A DNA stretch of 64,000 bases from an uncultured Alphaproteobacteria bacterium (GTDB lineage Bacteria; Pseudomonadota; Alphaproteobacteria; Sphingomonadales; Sphingomonadaceae), in the NCBI GenBank assembly GCA_963759895.1, contig CAVXBC010000001.1, positions 23,659 to 87,658 on the forward strand. Reading direction: 5' to 3'. The notes beneath the pieces were generated by a model that saw only the letters and a program-made list of their open reading frames with translations, did not search any database and was not told the origin of the DNA. This document shows, in pieces, positions 50,955 to 59,905 of this stretch (positions are counted from its first letter, which is position 1; the number at the start of each line of letters is the position of its first letter). The position numbers and the translations under genes were made by a program.

Positions 50955-51425
50955 TTACCGGCAGCGCGCCGAATCGTTCGCGTTGCCCGCGGCCGCAGCG
51001 CCCAGCGCACCACCGGCGATTGCACCGATAATCGTACCCAGCGTGCGGGAATCGCCTGGCGCGATGATGTTGCCCGCGACACCGCCCACGACTGCTCCGC
51101 CTACCACCAGCAGACCGGTCGAACCATCCGAACGGCGGCAATACAGGCGCCCGTCGCGGCCGCGATAGACGCGGTCGCTGTCGGACAGCGTGCGTTCCCG
51201 GTAGCGGCTGTCGTTACGGTAGTAGTTATCCGCATAGTAGCCGCCATAGCGCGGATCGGGCCGGTTATAATCGTACTGGCCATAGCGGTTGTAATAATCC
51301 CGGTCGTAGTAACCGTAATCGTTGCTGGCATAGCGATCGCCGGCATAACCGTTTCCGTAACGGTCAGTCGCGCAGCCTGCGGTAAGCACCGCGGCGGCAA
51401 TCGGGAGAAGCATCAGCTTGTTCAT
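50955..51425 (-). CDS. Glycine-zipper outer-membrane lipoprotein (17-kDa surface-antigen-like) with a Tyr/Arg/Asp-rich linker
   Basis: ORF 50955..51485(-). Start set to ATG 51425 (MNKLMLLPIAAAVLTAGC lipobox). C-terminal glycine zipper GLLVVGGAVVGGVAGNII...GTIIGAIAGGALGAAAAG. Confidence 0.75.
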   Translation of the reverse strand: MNKLMLLPIAAAVLTAGCATDRYGNGYAGDRYASNDYGYYDRDYYNRYGQYDYNRPDPRYGGYYADNYYRNDSRYRERTLSDSDRVYRGRDGRLYCRRSDGSTGLLVVGGAVVGGVAGNIIAPGDSRTLGTIIGAIAGGALGAAAAGNANDSARCR

Positions 51426-51580
51426 GGCGGCGTTCCACTCTGCGAATGAGGAAGCCGCCTGCGTGAATTGGGTTATGGGCGGCAAGGTATAGCAAGCTAA
51501 TGCCTCGGGCGCGGCGAAAGTTCCCGGCGCGCGGCGGTGCTTGCACCGCGCGACAATCGACCTAAGCGGGCCGCCACACG

Positions 51581-52738
51581 ATGCAGTACGATGCGATCAT
51601 TCTCGGCGGGGGCGCCGCAGGCCTGATGTGCGCCGCGGTCGCGGGCCAGCGGGGCAAGCGGGTGGTGGTGCTCGAGCGGACCGAGGCGGTGGGGAAGAAA
51701 ATCCTCATCTCGGGCGGCGGGCGGTGCAATTTCACCAACCTCCACACCGCTGCTGACCGCTATATCTCTGCCAACCCGCACTTCGCAAAATCGGCGCTGG
51801 CCCGCTACACTCCGCGCGATTTTCTCGACCTGGTCGAGAGTTACCACATAGCGTGGCACGAAAAGACGCTTGGCCAGCTGTTCTGTGACGGGTCGGCAAA
51901 GCAGATCGTAGCGATGTTGCTTGCCGAAGCCGATAAGTCCGGTGCGGAGGTGCGCTGTGGGGTTTCGACAGACCAGGTCAGCCACGGCGACGGCCTGTTC
52001 CGAGTCGGCGACGTCGCTGCGCCCGCGCTGGTGATCGCCACTGGCGGGCCATCGATCCCCAAGATGGGTGCGACGGGGTTCGCCTATGATCTCGCGCGCC
52101 GGTTCGGCTTGAAAGTGGTCGAGCCGCGCCCGGCACTGGTGCCGCTGACGCTGGGCGGTGACGACGTGCTGTTCCGCGACATTTCCGGGGTCTCGGCCGA
52201 GGTGGTAGCCACAGCGGGCACGGTGAGTTTCCGCGAGGCGGCACTGTTCACGCATCGCGGGCTGTCCGGCCCGGCGATACTCCAGGTTTCATCGTACTGG
52301 CACCCTGGCGAGGATGTGCGGATCGATTTCCTGCCCGATTGGGCACCCGGCTGGCTGACCGAGGCCAAGCGTGCGGCGCCGCGGGGAACCGTGCGCGGCG
52401 TCTTGCGCGACACGCTGCCCGAACGGCTGGCCACGATCCTTGCCGAACGGCTCATGCTCGACGGCGAACTGGTCGGAATGTCGGACAAGGCACTGCACGC
52501 AGCCGAAGCGCAGCTGGCGCGTTGGCCTTTCCGCCCCAATGGCAGCGAAGGGTTCGCCAAGGCAGAAGTAACCGTCGGCGGCATTTCCACCGCCGAACTG
52601 TCGTCGAAAACAATGGAGGCCCGCCGCGTGCCGGGGCTCTATGCGATCGGCGAAGCGGTCGACGTGACCGGCTGGCTGGGCGGCTACAACTTCCAGTGGG
52701 CATGGGCGAGCGGGGTGGCCGCAGGGGAGGCGATCTAG
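51581..52738 (+). CDS. NAD(P)/FAD-dependent oxidoreductase, HI0933/BaiN family
   Basis: ORF 51581..52738(+). MQYDAIILGGGAAGLMCAA...KILISGGGRCNFTN and C-terminal VTGWLGGYNFQWAWASG are characteristic of the HI0933-like flavoprotein family. Confidence 0.85.
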   Translation: MQYDAIILGGGAAGLMCAAVAGQRGKRVVVLERTEAVGKKILISGGGRCNFTNLHTAADRYISANPHFAKSALARYTPRDFLDLVESYHIAWHEKTLGQLFCDGSAKQIVAMLLAEADKSGAEVRCGVSTDQVSHGDGLFRVGDVAAPALVIATGGPSIPKMGATGFAYDLARRFGLKVVEPRPALVPLTLGGDDVLFRDISGVSAEVVATAGTVSFREAALFTHRGLSGPAILQVSSYWHPGEDVRIDFLPDWAPGWLTEAKRAAPRGTVRGVLRDTLPERLATILAERLMLDGELVGMSDKALHAAEAQLARWPFRPNGSEGFAKAEVTVGGISTAELSSKTMEARRVPGLYAIGEAVDVTGWLGGYNFQWAWASGVAAGEAI

Positions 52739-52819
52739 CGGCGCGATTGCCAAGCGAATCGCTTGTGTTACTCTCGCGCAGTCGGACCTAGCGCAATGCA
52801 GGCCGCAGGGGAGAACCGG

Positions 52820-54413
52820 ATGCGCCAGCTCCAAGGCATGGACGCCAGCTTCGTCGCGCTGGAGACGAAGAACTCGCCGATGCACATCGGCAGCCTGCTG
52901 ATCTACAATCCCGCAACCGCGCCCGGCGGGTTTCGTCCGTTTCAAGGATATCCTGGCGTTCTATGAAAGCCGGCTGCAGCTGTCGAAGACGGTGCGCCAG
53001 CGGCTCGTGCGGGTGCCGTTCGACCTCGACTACCCCTATTGGATCGAGGACCCGGATTTCGATCTCGAGTACCACGTCCGCCACGTCGCGCTGCCAGAAC
53101 CCGGCGACTGGCGCCAGTTGTGCATCCAGGCGGCGCGCATCTTCGCACGTCCGCTCGATCTGACCCGCCCGCCGTGGGAATTCACCGTTATCGAGGGAAT
53201 CGACGGCGTCGAAGGCGTGCCCAAGGGCAGCTACGCGATGGTCACCAAGGTGCACCACGCGGCAATCGACGGGATGAGCGGCATCGATCTGATGGAGGCG
53301 CTGCACACACTGACCGCCGATGCGCCCCCGCCGGAAACGCCGGATACATGGAAACCGGAGAAAGTGCCCAATCCGGCCGAACTGCTGGGCAAGAGTTACT
53401 TCAACGCGCTGACCAATCCGATGAAACAGCTGCAGGTCGCGGCAAAGGCAGCGCCGGGGATCGCCAAGGCGATCAAGGGGCTGGCGGCCAAGGAATTCAG
53501 CGTATCGGGCGAGATGGTCGGCCCCAAGACCCGTTTCAACAAGGTAATCTCGGCACACCGCGTGGTCGAGGGGCGCAGCGTGCCGCTGGCCGATATCAAG
53601 GCAATCCGGCTCGCTGTGCCGGGTGCCAAAGTCAACGACGTGTTCCTCGCGATCATCGGAGGAGCGTTGCGCAAGTACCTCGAATCCAAGAATGATCTTC
53701 CCGACAAGTCGCTCACCGCGATGGCTCCGATCTCGGTCCGCTCGCAGGGCGAGAAGGGCGACATGGGCAACCAGGTCGCGGCGATGATCGCCCCGCTCGG
53801 GACGCAGATCGAAGACCCGACCGAACGTCTGGCGTTCGTTCACGCAAAAACGATCAATTCCAAGGCGATGACCGATGCGATCGGCGCACGCAACATGACC
53901 GAGGTGAGCAAGGTCAGCCCAGCCCTCTACATGTCGCTCGGCGCGCAGCTCTACACGCGTCTCGGCCTCGCCAATCGCATGGGACCGCCCTTCACCACCG
54001 TGGTGACCAACGTTCCGGGCCCGCCAGTGCCGATCTATTCGGCCGGTGCGCGGCTTGAAAGCATGATGGGGCTCGTCTGCCTGACCGACGGGATGGGCCT
54101 CGCTCACGTCGTCCAGTCGTACACCGACGAGGCCACTATCGCCTTCACCGCCTGCCGCGAGCTGATGCCTGATCCGGAATTCTACGCGCAGTGCATCGAG
54201 GACAGCTTCCAGCAACTGCGCGACGCGGCTGCAAGGGCGCAGCCGGCTCCGGCGCGCTCAAAATCGCCCGCCAAGCCGACTCCCAAGAGCATGAGCAAGG
54301 CCAAGGCCGGCACGACTCCAACAAAAGGCAATCGCGGCACCAAGAAGGCCGCCGGCCGTTCCTCTTCCAAACCGGCGCCCAAACGCGTTGCCAAAAGGAC
54401 ATCCAGCAAGTGA
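52820..54413 (+). pseudogene. Wax ester synthase/diacylglycerol acyltransferase (WS/DGAT) with one N-terminal frameshift and a Lys/Pro/Ala-rich C-terminal tail
   Basis: ORF 52763..52966 gives the family N-terminus (MRQLQGMDASFVALETKNSPMHIGSLLIYNPATAPGG from ATG 52820). The protein continues in the frame of ORF 52992..54413 (hand translation VRFKDILAFYESRLQLSKTVRQRLVRVPFDLDYPYWIED...), which carries the catalytic motif VHHAAIDGMSG (HHxxxDG). The indel is in the GGGTTTC run at about 52928-52934. Confidence 0.75.
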
Positions 54414-55204
54414 CCGCAACCGCCACCCGTCGCGCCCAGAGTGCGCATCCGCCGAGCGTCCTGCTTTCCCTGACAGAACCCGGCCGCGCGCTGGGCGAGC
54501 TGGCGGCGTTCGTCGCGCTGCGACCGCTGATGTCGCTGCTGCCCAGGGGCGATGGCCATGGCGTGCTCGTGCTTCCGGGGTTCATGGCAAGCGACAGTTC
54601 GACCGGGCCGATGCGCCGACTGCTGACACAGCTTGGCTACGAGGTCGCCGGCTGGGAGCTGGGCCGGAACATCAAGGTCGATAACGTCCGCGTCGAAGCG
54701 ATGGCGAGATGCGTCGACGCGCTTGCCCGGCGCACCGGCGGAACGATCTCGATCGTCGGCTGGAGCCTGGGCGGCGTGTTCGCGCGCGAACTGGCCAAGC
54801 AGATGCCCGACAAGGTTCGCGGGGTGATCACCCTGGGCAGCCCGATCAGCGACGACCGCGATCATTCGAATGCGCGGCGCCTGTTCGAGATGCTCAACGG
54901 GCGCGAGCCCGAGCCGATGCGGAGCGGAAAGTTTCGCCAGCTGGCCGAGGCGCCTCCTGTGCCAACTACCTCTATCCTGACGAAGGCCGATGGCGTGGTC
55001 CACTGGCGCGGATCGGTCCAGCATCCCGGCAAGAACGCCCAGACCGAGAATATCGAGGTGTTCGCCAGCCACGTGGGACTGGGCGTCAATCCGGCTGTGA
55101 TGCTGGCGATCGCCGACCGGCTCGCCCAACCGGAAGGCCAGTGGCGGCCGTTCGAGGCGAGCGGCTGCGCGGCCTTTGCGTTTCCGAAGACCGCGCTGAA
55201 CTAG
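54410..55204 (+). CDS. Alpha/beta hydrolase (esterase/lipase-like)
   Basis: ORF 54191..55204(+). The homologous part begins around LPRGDGHGVLVLPGFMASD. Nucleophile elbow IVGWSLGG. Start proposed at GTG 54410, overlapping the WS/DGAT stop (GTGA); the start is uncertain. Confidence 0.65.
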   Translation: MTATATRRAQSAHPPSVLLSLTEPGRALGELAAFVALRPLMSLLPRGDGHGVLVLPGFMASDSSTGPMRRLLTQLGYEVAGWELGRNIKVDNVRVEAMARCVDALARRTGGTISIVGWSLGGVFARELAKQMPDKVRGVITLGSPISDDRDHSNARRLFEMLNGREPEPMRSGKFRQLAEAPPVPTTSILTKADGVVHWRGSVQHPGKNAQTENIEVFASHVGLGVNPAVMLAIADRLAQPEGQWRPFEASGCAAFAFPKTALN

Positions 55205-55656
55205 AGCGCCAGCGCTACCCCGAGCAGCACCAGCGCGAACACGCCCGATATGACCAGTCCCGTTTTCGACGGAGCGTCGATCTGTAGGACGCTGTCGGCC
55301 GGATCCGATGGATCGAACCATACCGTCGCGGGACCCGTCGGGACGGTTCCGTGCCACTTGTTTGCTTCATCCGAGCTATCGAACTTGATCCGCGACAGGA
55401 AGGCGCGGGTGCCCTCGAAATCTCGCCCGCCAACCCTGTAGGAATAGCGCACGACCGGCAGGTATTCGCTGACCTGATCGTTCTGCGCATCCCAGGTGAC
55501 GTCTTCCTTGACCGAGGATTCGTGGATCGTGCCCGGCACGCTGTTCCAGGTTCGCGAGGCGCGATCGGCCAAGACAGCCTTTCGCCGATAGAGCCACCAT
55601 CCCAGTACCGCGATCGCCACCGCTGCTGCGATGAGCCCCAAAGCTATCGGATCCAT
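55201..55656 (-). CDS. DUF3592-like membrane protein
   Basis: ORF 55201..55656(-). N- and C-terminal TM helices flank a beta-rich domain with VVRYSYRVGGRDFEG, the pattern I associate with DUF3592. 4-nt stop overlap with the convergent hydrolase gene. Confidence 0.55.
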   Translation of the reverse strand: MDPIALGLIAAAVAIAVLGWWLYRRKAVLADRASRTWNSVPGTIHESSVKEDVTWDAQNDQVSEYLPVVRYSYRVGGRDFEGTRAFLSRIKFDSSDEANKWHGTVPTGPATVWFDPSDPADSVLQIDAPSKTGLVISGVFALVLLGVALAL

Positions 55657-55732
55657 GCGCTTTCCCCCTTGCCTGGGCCAGATAGCGGCGGTGCCCGGGA
55701 AATCGCTGTAAGGACGCGACAGCGCTGAAAAA

Positions 55733-58700
55733 TCAGAACATCTTGCGGAACTCGATGGAGAACGACCGTCCGGTGGGATCGATCAGGCCGGGCTGGTAGC
55801 GCAGTGGCACCAACCCGTTCTCGTCGGTCACCCGCTGGTGCGCATCAAGCAGGTTGTTTACCTTGATGCTCACCCGCGCGCCCTTCCAGAAGCCCGGGTC
55901 GCCGCTGCCGGTGAGCCACTTCTGCTGTTCGAGGTTGGCGAACAGGCGCAAGTCGAACGTCGCCAGATCGCCGAATTTGAGATCGCTCGATCCGGGAAGG
56001 CCGCTGCCACGCACCGTGGTGCCAGACAGGTAGTTGCCCGACAGGCGGGCGCCCAAACCCTTGATGAACACCCCACCTTCGAGCTCGACCTTGTGGCGCG
56101 ACACGCCGCCGTCGCTCAGGCCGTCGCCATTGAGGAGGTCCAGCTCTGGGCCTCCCGCGGCGACCAGCGCACGGTTGCTCAATTCGATCGTGTGGTAGAG
56201 CGACAGATTCCAGCGCCCCTGGCCGTCCCCACCACCGCCAAAGCCACCGCCACCGCCGCCGCCGGAGCGCCCGCCCCGTCCACTACCGCCCTCGCCGCCG
56301 CCCTGAGGCGCAGCGGAGGCTTGCCGCGTGCCCGCGGCGGGAGCGTCACCCGCGCCGCCGGGCCCGCGCCGTCCGCGACCGCCGAAGCCACCACTTCCGT
56401 CGGCCGGAAGCGCGCACATGCGGGTGCGGAATTCAGCGAGCCGCGCGGGATCGATCGTGCCGTCGGGCCCCTTGAGCCGGTCTGCGATTTCGGGCGGCAG
56501 CGCGGCGATGTCGGCCTCTTTACCGTCGACCCCGCAATTAAGCGCGGCGCGGATCGCGGCGAACCGCGCGGGATCGAACGTGCGCGGGGCACCGCCGTCG
56601 GCCGAACAGACCCGCGCCTTCAACGCCGCGACCTTGGCCGGATCGAGTTGTCCGTCCTCGCCCTTCAGCCGCTCGAGCATGCGATCGGGCACACCGCTGA
56701 GATCGGGCATCTGGCCTTCGGGCACGTTGCAGAACCGGGCCCGCATTTCCGCCATGCGCGCGGGATCGAACCGACCCTGGCCCGGTGTACCAGCCGGCGC
56801 CGCGCCGGGCGCGTTGTCGGCAGTTGCCGATGGCGCAGCCGGTGTCGGTGCAGGGGCCTGGGACGGGCGGGCAGCCGCCATCAGCGCGCCAAAGCCGCCG
56901 CGGCCGCCGCCTGACTGCGCGTCGGGGGACGGCTTGCCGAGCCTGCCGAACACGTTGATCCCGTAACGGATGCGCGACGAGCTGCGCTCGGCGAAGGTCA
57001 CCGGCCGACGATCGATCGCCAGCAGCGTGCCATCGCCCGCGCGCGTCACCCGCCCGGGAAACGCCGCCTCGATCGCCGGGGTCAGCAGCGGGAAACTCTC
57101 GGTCGTGTTGCTCGAGCTGTTATGGAAGTATTCGACCAGCAGGTTAGCCCGGTCGAACAGGTCGATATCGTAGTTGGCCGACAGCTTGAAATCGCGTTGG
57201 GTCTCTTCGAGCAGGTCCGGATTGCCACCGGTGGTGACGTTGGCGAGAACGGTCTGTCCGACCGTGAAATCGTACACCGGCACGTTGACGTCGACGATCT
57301 GCGGCCCGCCGAGCTGACTGAGGCCGGGCGCAACCTTGCGCACGATGTAGCTGCCCTTGAGCGCGAGCTTGTCGACTGGCTTCCACGACAGGCCGGCGTT
57401 CCAGTCGGTCAGCGTGCCGAAGTCGGACAGATGATCGATGCCCGCACCGAAGTTGACCGAGATGTCGCCTATGGCGTCGAGAAAACCCTCGCGGGTGCTG
57501 GTGACGGGCACGCTCAGGTTGATGCCGGCATTGAGATCACCGCGGGTGAGCGGGATCGCCCCCAGCGTCGAGCGCGAATCCTCGCTTTCAATGCGGGTCC
57601 AGTCGTAGCCTGCGTCGAAAGTCAGGTTGACCTCACCGCCCGGCAACCGCAGCGGCGATCCCGACAGGGTGTTCTTTTGCGAGGCCGACCACACGCGGCT
57701 CAGCGTGCGATCGATGCCGCCTCCCGACACGCTCGGCAACGGCCCGTCGATGGCCAGCGTTCCGGCGGCGGCGGCGGCCACCAGCGCGCCGGTATCGCGC
57801 CGGCTGTCGCGCCGGCTGTCGCTATCGGTCCGGTTGGCATCGAGCGTGCCCGAGTAAAGCCAGTCGCCCACCGGCATGTTGAGCGACCCGCCGAGCGCAT
57901 AGGTATCGGTCGCGGTGCGGCGGGTGATGGGATCGGCATCGATCGCGCGCAAAGCCTGTGCGCCGCCCGGAGCGGTCAACAGAACCGTGTCGAGGCCCGA
58001 CAGTGAGGTGCGCACGTCGCGGCTGACATTGCCGTTGAGGGTCAATTGCTTGCCTGAACCCATTGCGCCCAGCCCGGTGGTGAACGTCAGATTGCCCTCG
58101 ATACTCTCGTCGCGGGAGATCAGCGTGCGGAAGTCCGCGGGATCGGGATCGCCAGCCACGGTGGGGTCGGTCACCGGGGTCTGGATGACCCCGCGTTCGG
58201 CTTCGGTCAGCGGGCTGGTTCGCTTGTAGTCGACGCTGCCGTTGATCCGCCGCGGCCCTGTGATGTTAAGCAGCGATGCCTGCGCCTCGGCGGTCGAATT
58301 GCCGCCCCGGGTCGGCATGCCGAATTCGCCTTCGACGGTGCGCGAGGCGAAATTGTCCTTGAGAATGAAGTTGATCACCCGCGCATCGGCCGGATAGCCG
58401 AACTGAAGCGCGACTTCTTCGGGCAGCACCTCGACCTTGCGGATCGCTTCGGGCGGGAAGCGGCTGAATTCGCGGAAGCCCGAGACCCGCTGGCCGTTGA
58501 CAAGAAACACCGGCCGTCCGCCGCGCCCGCGTCCCGAACCGGTTTGCGGAGCAAGTTGTGCGACCAGGTCTGCGATCGAGGTCGCGCCGTATGCGGCGAT
58601 TTCCTGTTCGTTCAGTTCAAGGATCGGCGGGCTATCGGTCACCACCTGGCCGGGCAGGCGGGTCGCGGTGACCACGATCTGGTCATCATCGGCCGCCTGG

Positions 58701-58861
58701 TCGGTCGACGCCGCGTCATCGGCGGCCTGCGCGACCGGCGCGGCCTGTGCTTCGGGCGCGGCGTCCTGCGCGGCTGCCGGACTGGTCAGAGCGGGGGTGG
58801 CCAGCGCAAGCGCCAGCAACGAAACGGGGTAGAGGGACTTCACGACCTGGTATCCTTGCAA
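55733..58861 (-). CDS. TonB-dependent receptor-like outer-membrane protein with a large repeat-bearing, Gly-rich insertion
   Basis: ORF 55733..58861(-). Signal peptide ...LALALATPALTSPAAAQ. Plug-like region (IVVTATRLPGQ..., FLVNGQRVSGFREFSRFPPEAIRKVEVLPEE). Barrel-like C-terminus ending ...SIEFRKMF. Residues about 641-883 are an atypical insert (see findings). Start is TTG 58861 or GTG 58843. Confidence 0.75.
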   Translation of the reverse strand: MQGYQVVKSLYPVSLLALALATPALTSPAAAQDAAPEAQAAPVAQAADDAASTDQAADDDQIVVTATRLPGQVVTDSPPILELNEQEIAAYGATSIADLVAQLAPQTGSGRGRGGRPVFLVNGQRVSGFREFSRFPPEAIRKVEVLPEEVALQFGYPADARVINFILKDNFASRTVEGEFGMPTRGGNSTAEAQASLLNITGPRRINGSVDYKRTSPLTEAERGVIQTPVTDPTVAGDPDPADFRTLISRDESIEGNLTFTTGLGAMGSGKQLTLNGNVSRDVRTSLSGLDTVLLTAPGGAQALRAIDADPITRRTATDTYALGGSLNMPVGDWLYSGTLDANRTDSDSRRDSRRDTGALVAAAAAGTLAIDGPLPSVSGGGIDRTLSRVWSASQKNTLSGSPLRLPGGEVNLTFDAGYDWTRIESEDSRSTLGAIPLTRGDLNAGINLSVPVTSTREGFLDAIGDISVNFGAGIDHLSDFGTLTDWNAGLSWKPVDKLALKGSYIVRKVAPGLSQLGGPQIVDVNVPVYDFTVGQTVLANVTTGGNPDLLEETQRDFKLSANYDIDLFDRANLLVEYFHNSSSNTTESFPLLTPAIEAAFPGRVTRAGDGTLLAIDRRPVTFAERSSSRIRYGINVFGRLGKPSPDAQSGGGRGGFGALMAAARPSQAPAPTPAAPSATADNAPGAAPAGTPGQGRFDPARMAEMRARFCNVPEGQMPDLSGVPDRMLERLKGEDGQLDPAKVAALKARVCSADGGAPRTFDPARFAAIRAALNCGVDGKEADIAALPPEIADRLKGPDGTIDPARLAEFRTRMCALPADGSGGFGGRGRRGPGGAGDAPAAGTRQASAAPQGGGEGGSGRGGRSGGGGGGGFGGGGDGQGRWNLSLYHTIELSNRALVAAGGPELDLLNGDGLSDGGVSRHKVELEGGVFIKGLGARLSGNYLSGTTVRGSGLPGSSDLKFGDLATFDLRLFANLEQQKWLTGSGDPGFWKGARVSIKVNNLLDAHQRVTDENGLVPLRYQPGLIDPTGRSFSIEFRKMF

Positions 58862-59049
58862 ATTCTAGTCCGGCTCCCCCGGATGGCCTGCCTTGCGGAA
58901 GGGGGAAGCCGACGCAACCCGCGCTCGGGTAACTTTTTGTCGCGCAAAGCTTTCCCGCAGATGACTCGCCATGCTTCCCTTTTGCTGCGCTGCCGTATAT
59001 GGGGCGCCTCCAATTCGACCAATCACTGACCGGGATATCGACAAACCGC

Positions 59050-59295
59050 ATGGCCAAAGAAGAACTCCTCGAAATGCGTGGCAAAGTGGTCGAACTGCTG
59101 CCCAACGCGATGTTCCGGGTGGAGCTCGAAAACGGTCATGAGATTCTCGGCCACACCGCCGGCAAGATGCGGAAGAACCGAATCCGCGTGCTGACGGGCG
59201 ACGAAGTGCTGGTCGAACTGACCCCGTACGACCTGACCAAGGGGCGGATCACCTACCGCTTCATGCCCGGGCGCGGTGGCCCCGGCCCGCAATAA
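59050..59295 (+). CDS. infA: Translation initiation factor IF-1
   Basis: ATG 59050 within ORF 58999..59295. [70 protein letters not shown] is canonical IF-1 (S1 fold). Confidence 0.95.
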   Translation: MAKEELLEMRGKVVELLPNAMFRVELENGHEILGHTAGKMRKNRIRVLTGDEVLVELTPYDLTKGRITYRFMPGRGGPGPQ

Positions 59296-59321
59296 GCGGC
59301 CGGTCCGGCGTAGGGCCCACC

Positions 59322-59903
59322 ATGCCCGCGATCGCCCCCCAGCTCATCCTTGCGTCTGCCAGTCCGCGCCGCCGCGAATTGCTCGCGCGGCTCGGCTTGT
59401 CCGACGTCGCGGTATTTCCCGCCGACATCGACGAGACTCCGCGCAAGGCCGAGCTGCCGCGCGATTATGCGGCCCGCATGGCGCGCGAGAAGGCGCTCGC
59501 GGCAGCTTCGGCAGATACATTCGTGCTTGCTGGCGACACCGTGGTTGCAGCCGGACGCCGGATCCTGCCCAAGGCCGAAGATGCGGCGACCGCGCGTACT
59601 TGCCTCGAACTGCTGTCCGGCAGACGCCACCGGGTGCTTTCGGCGATCGCCCTTCGCGCGCCTGACGGCACCGTGCGCGAACGGCTGAGCGAAACGCAAG
59701 TGCGCTTCAAGCGCCTGTCGCCCGATGAGATCACCGCCTATCTGGCGGGCGGCGAGTGGCACGGAAAGGCCGGCGGATATGCCATCCAGGGCGCCGCCGA
59801 AGGGCTGATCGCATGGATCGGCGGGAGCCATTCGGGCGTGGTCGGCCTGCCGCTGTTCGAAACCCGCGCGCTGCTCAAGGCGGCCGGGTTCGCGATACCC
59901 TGA
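59322..59903 (+). CDS. maf: Maf family nucleoside triphosphate pyrophosphatase
   Basis: ORF 59322..59903(+). LILASASPRRRELLARLGL, GKAGGYAIQG and GSHSGVVGLPL are Maf signatures. Confidence 0.9.
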   Translation: MPAIAPQLILASASPRRRELLARLGLSDVAVFPADIDETPRKAELPRDYAARMAREKALAAASADTFVLAGDTVVAAGRRILPKAEDAATARTCLELLSGRRHRVLSAIALRAPDGTVRERLSETQVRFKRLSPDEITAYLAGGEWHGKAGGYAIQGAAEGLIAWIGGSHSGVVGLPLFETRALLKAAGFAIP

Positions 59904-59905
59904 CA

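Noticed and set aside
56213-56400. GGC/GCC-rich repetitive DNA that superficially resembles a simple tandem repeat
   Set aside because: The repeats are irregular and in frame. They translate to the poly-Gly/RGG tract of the TBDR-like protein, so this is coding low complexity and not a CRISPR array or satellite repeat.
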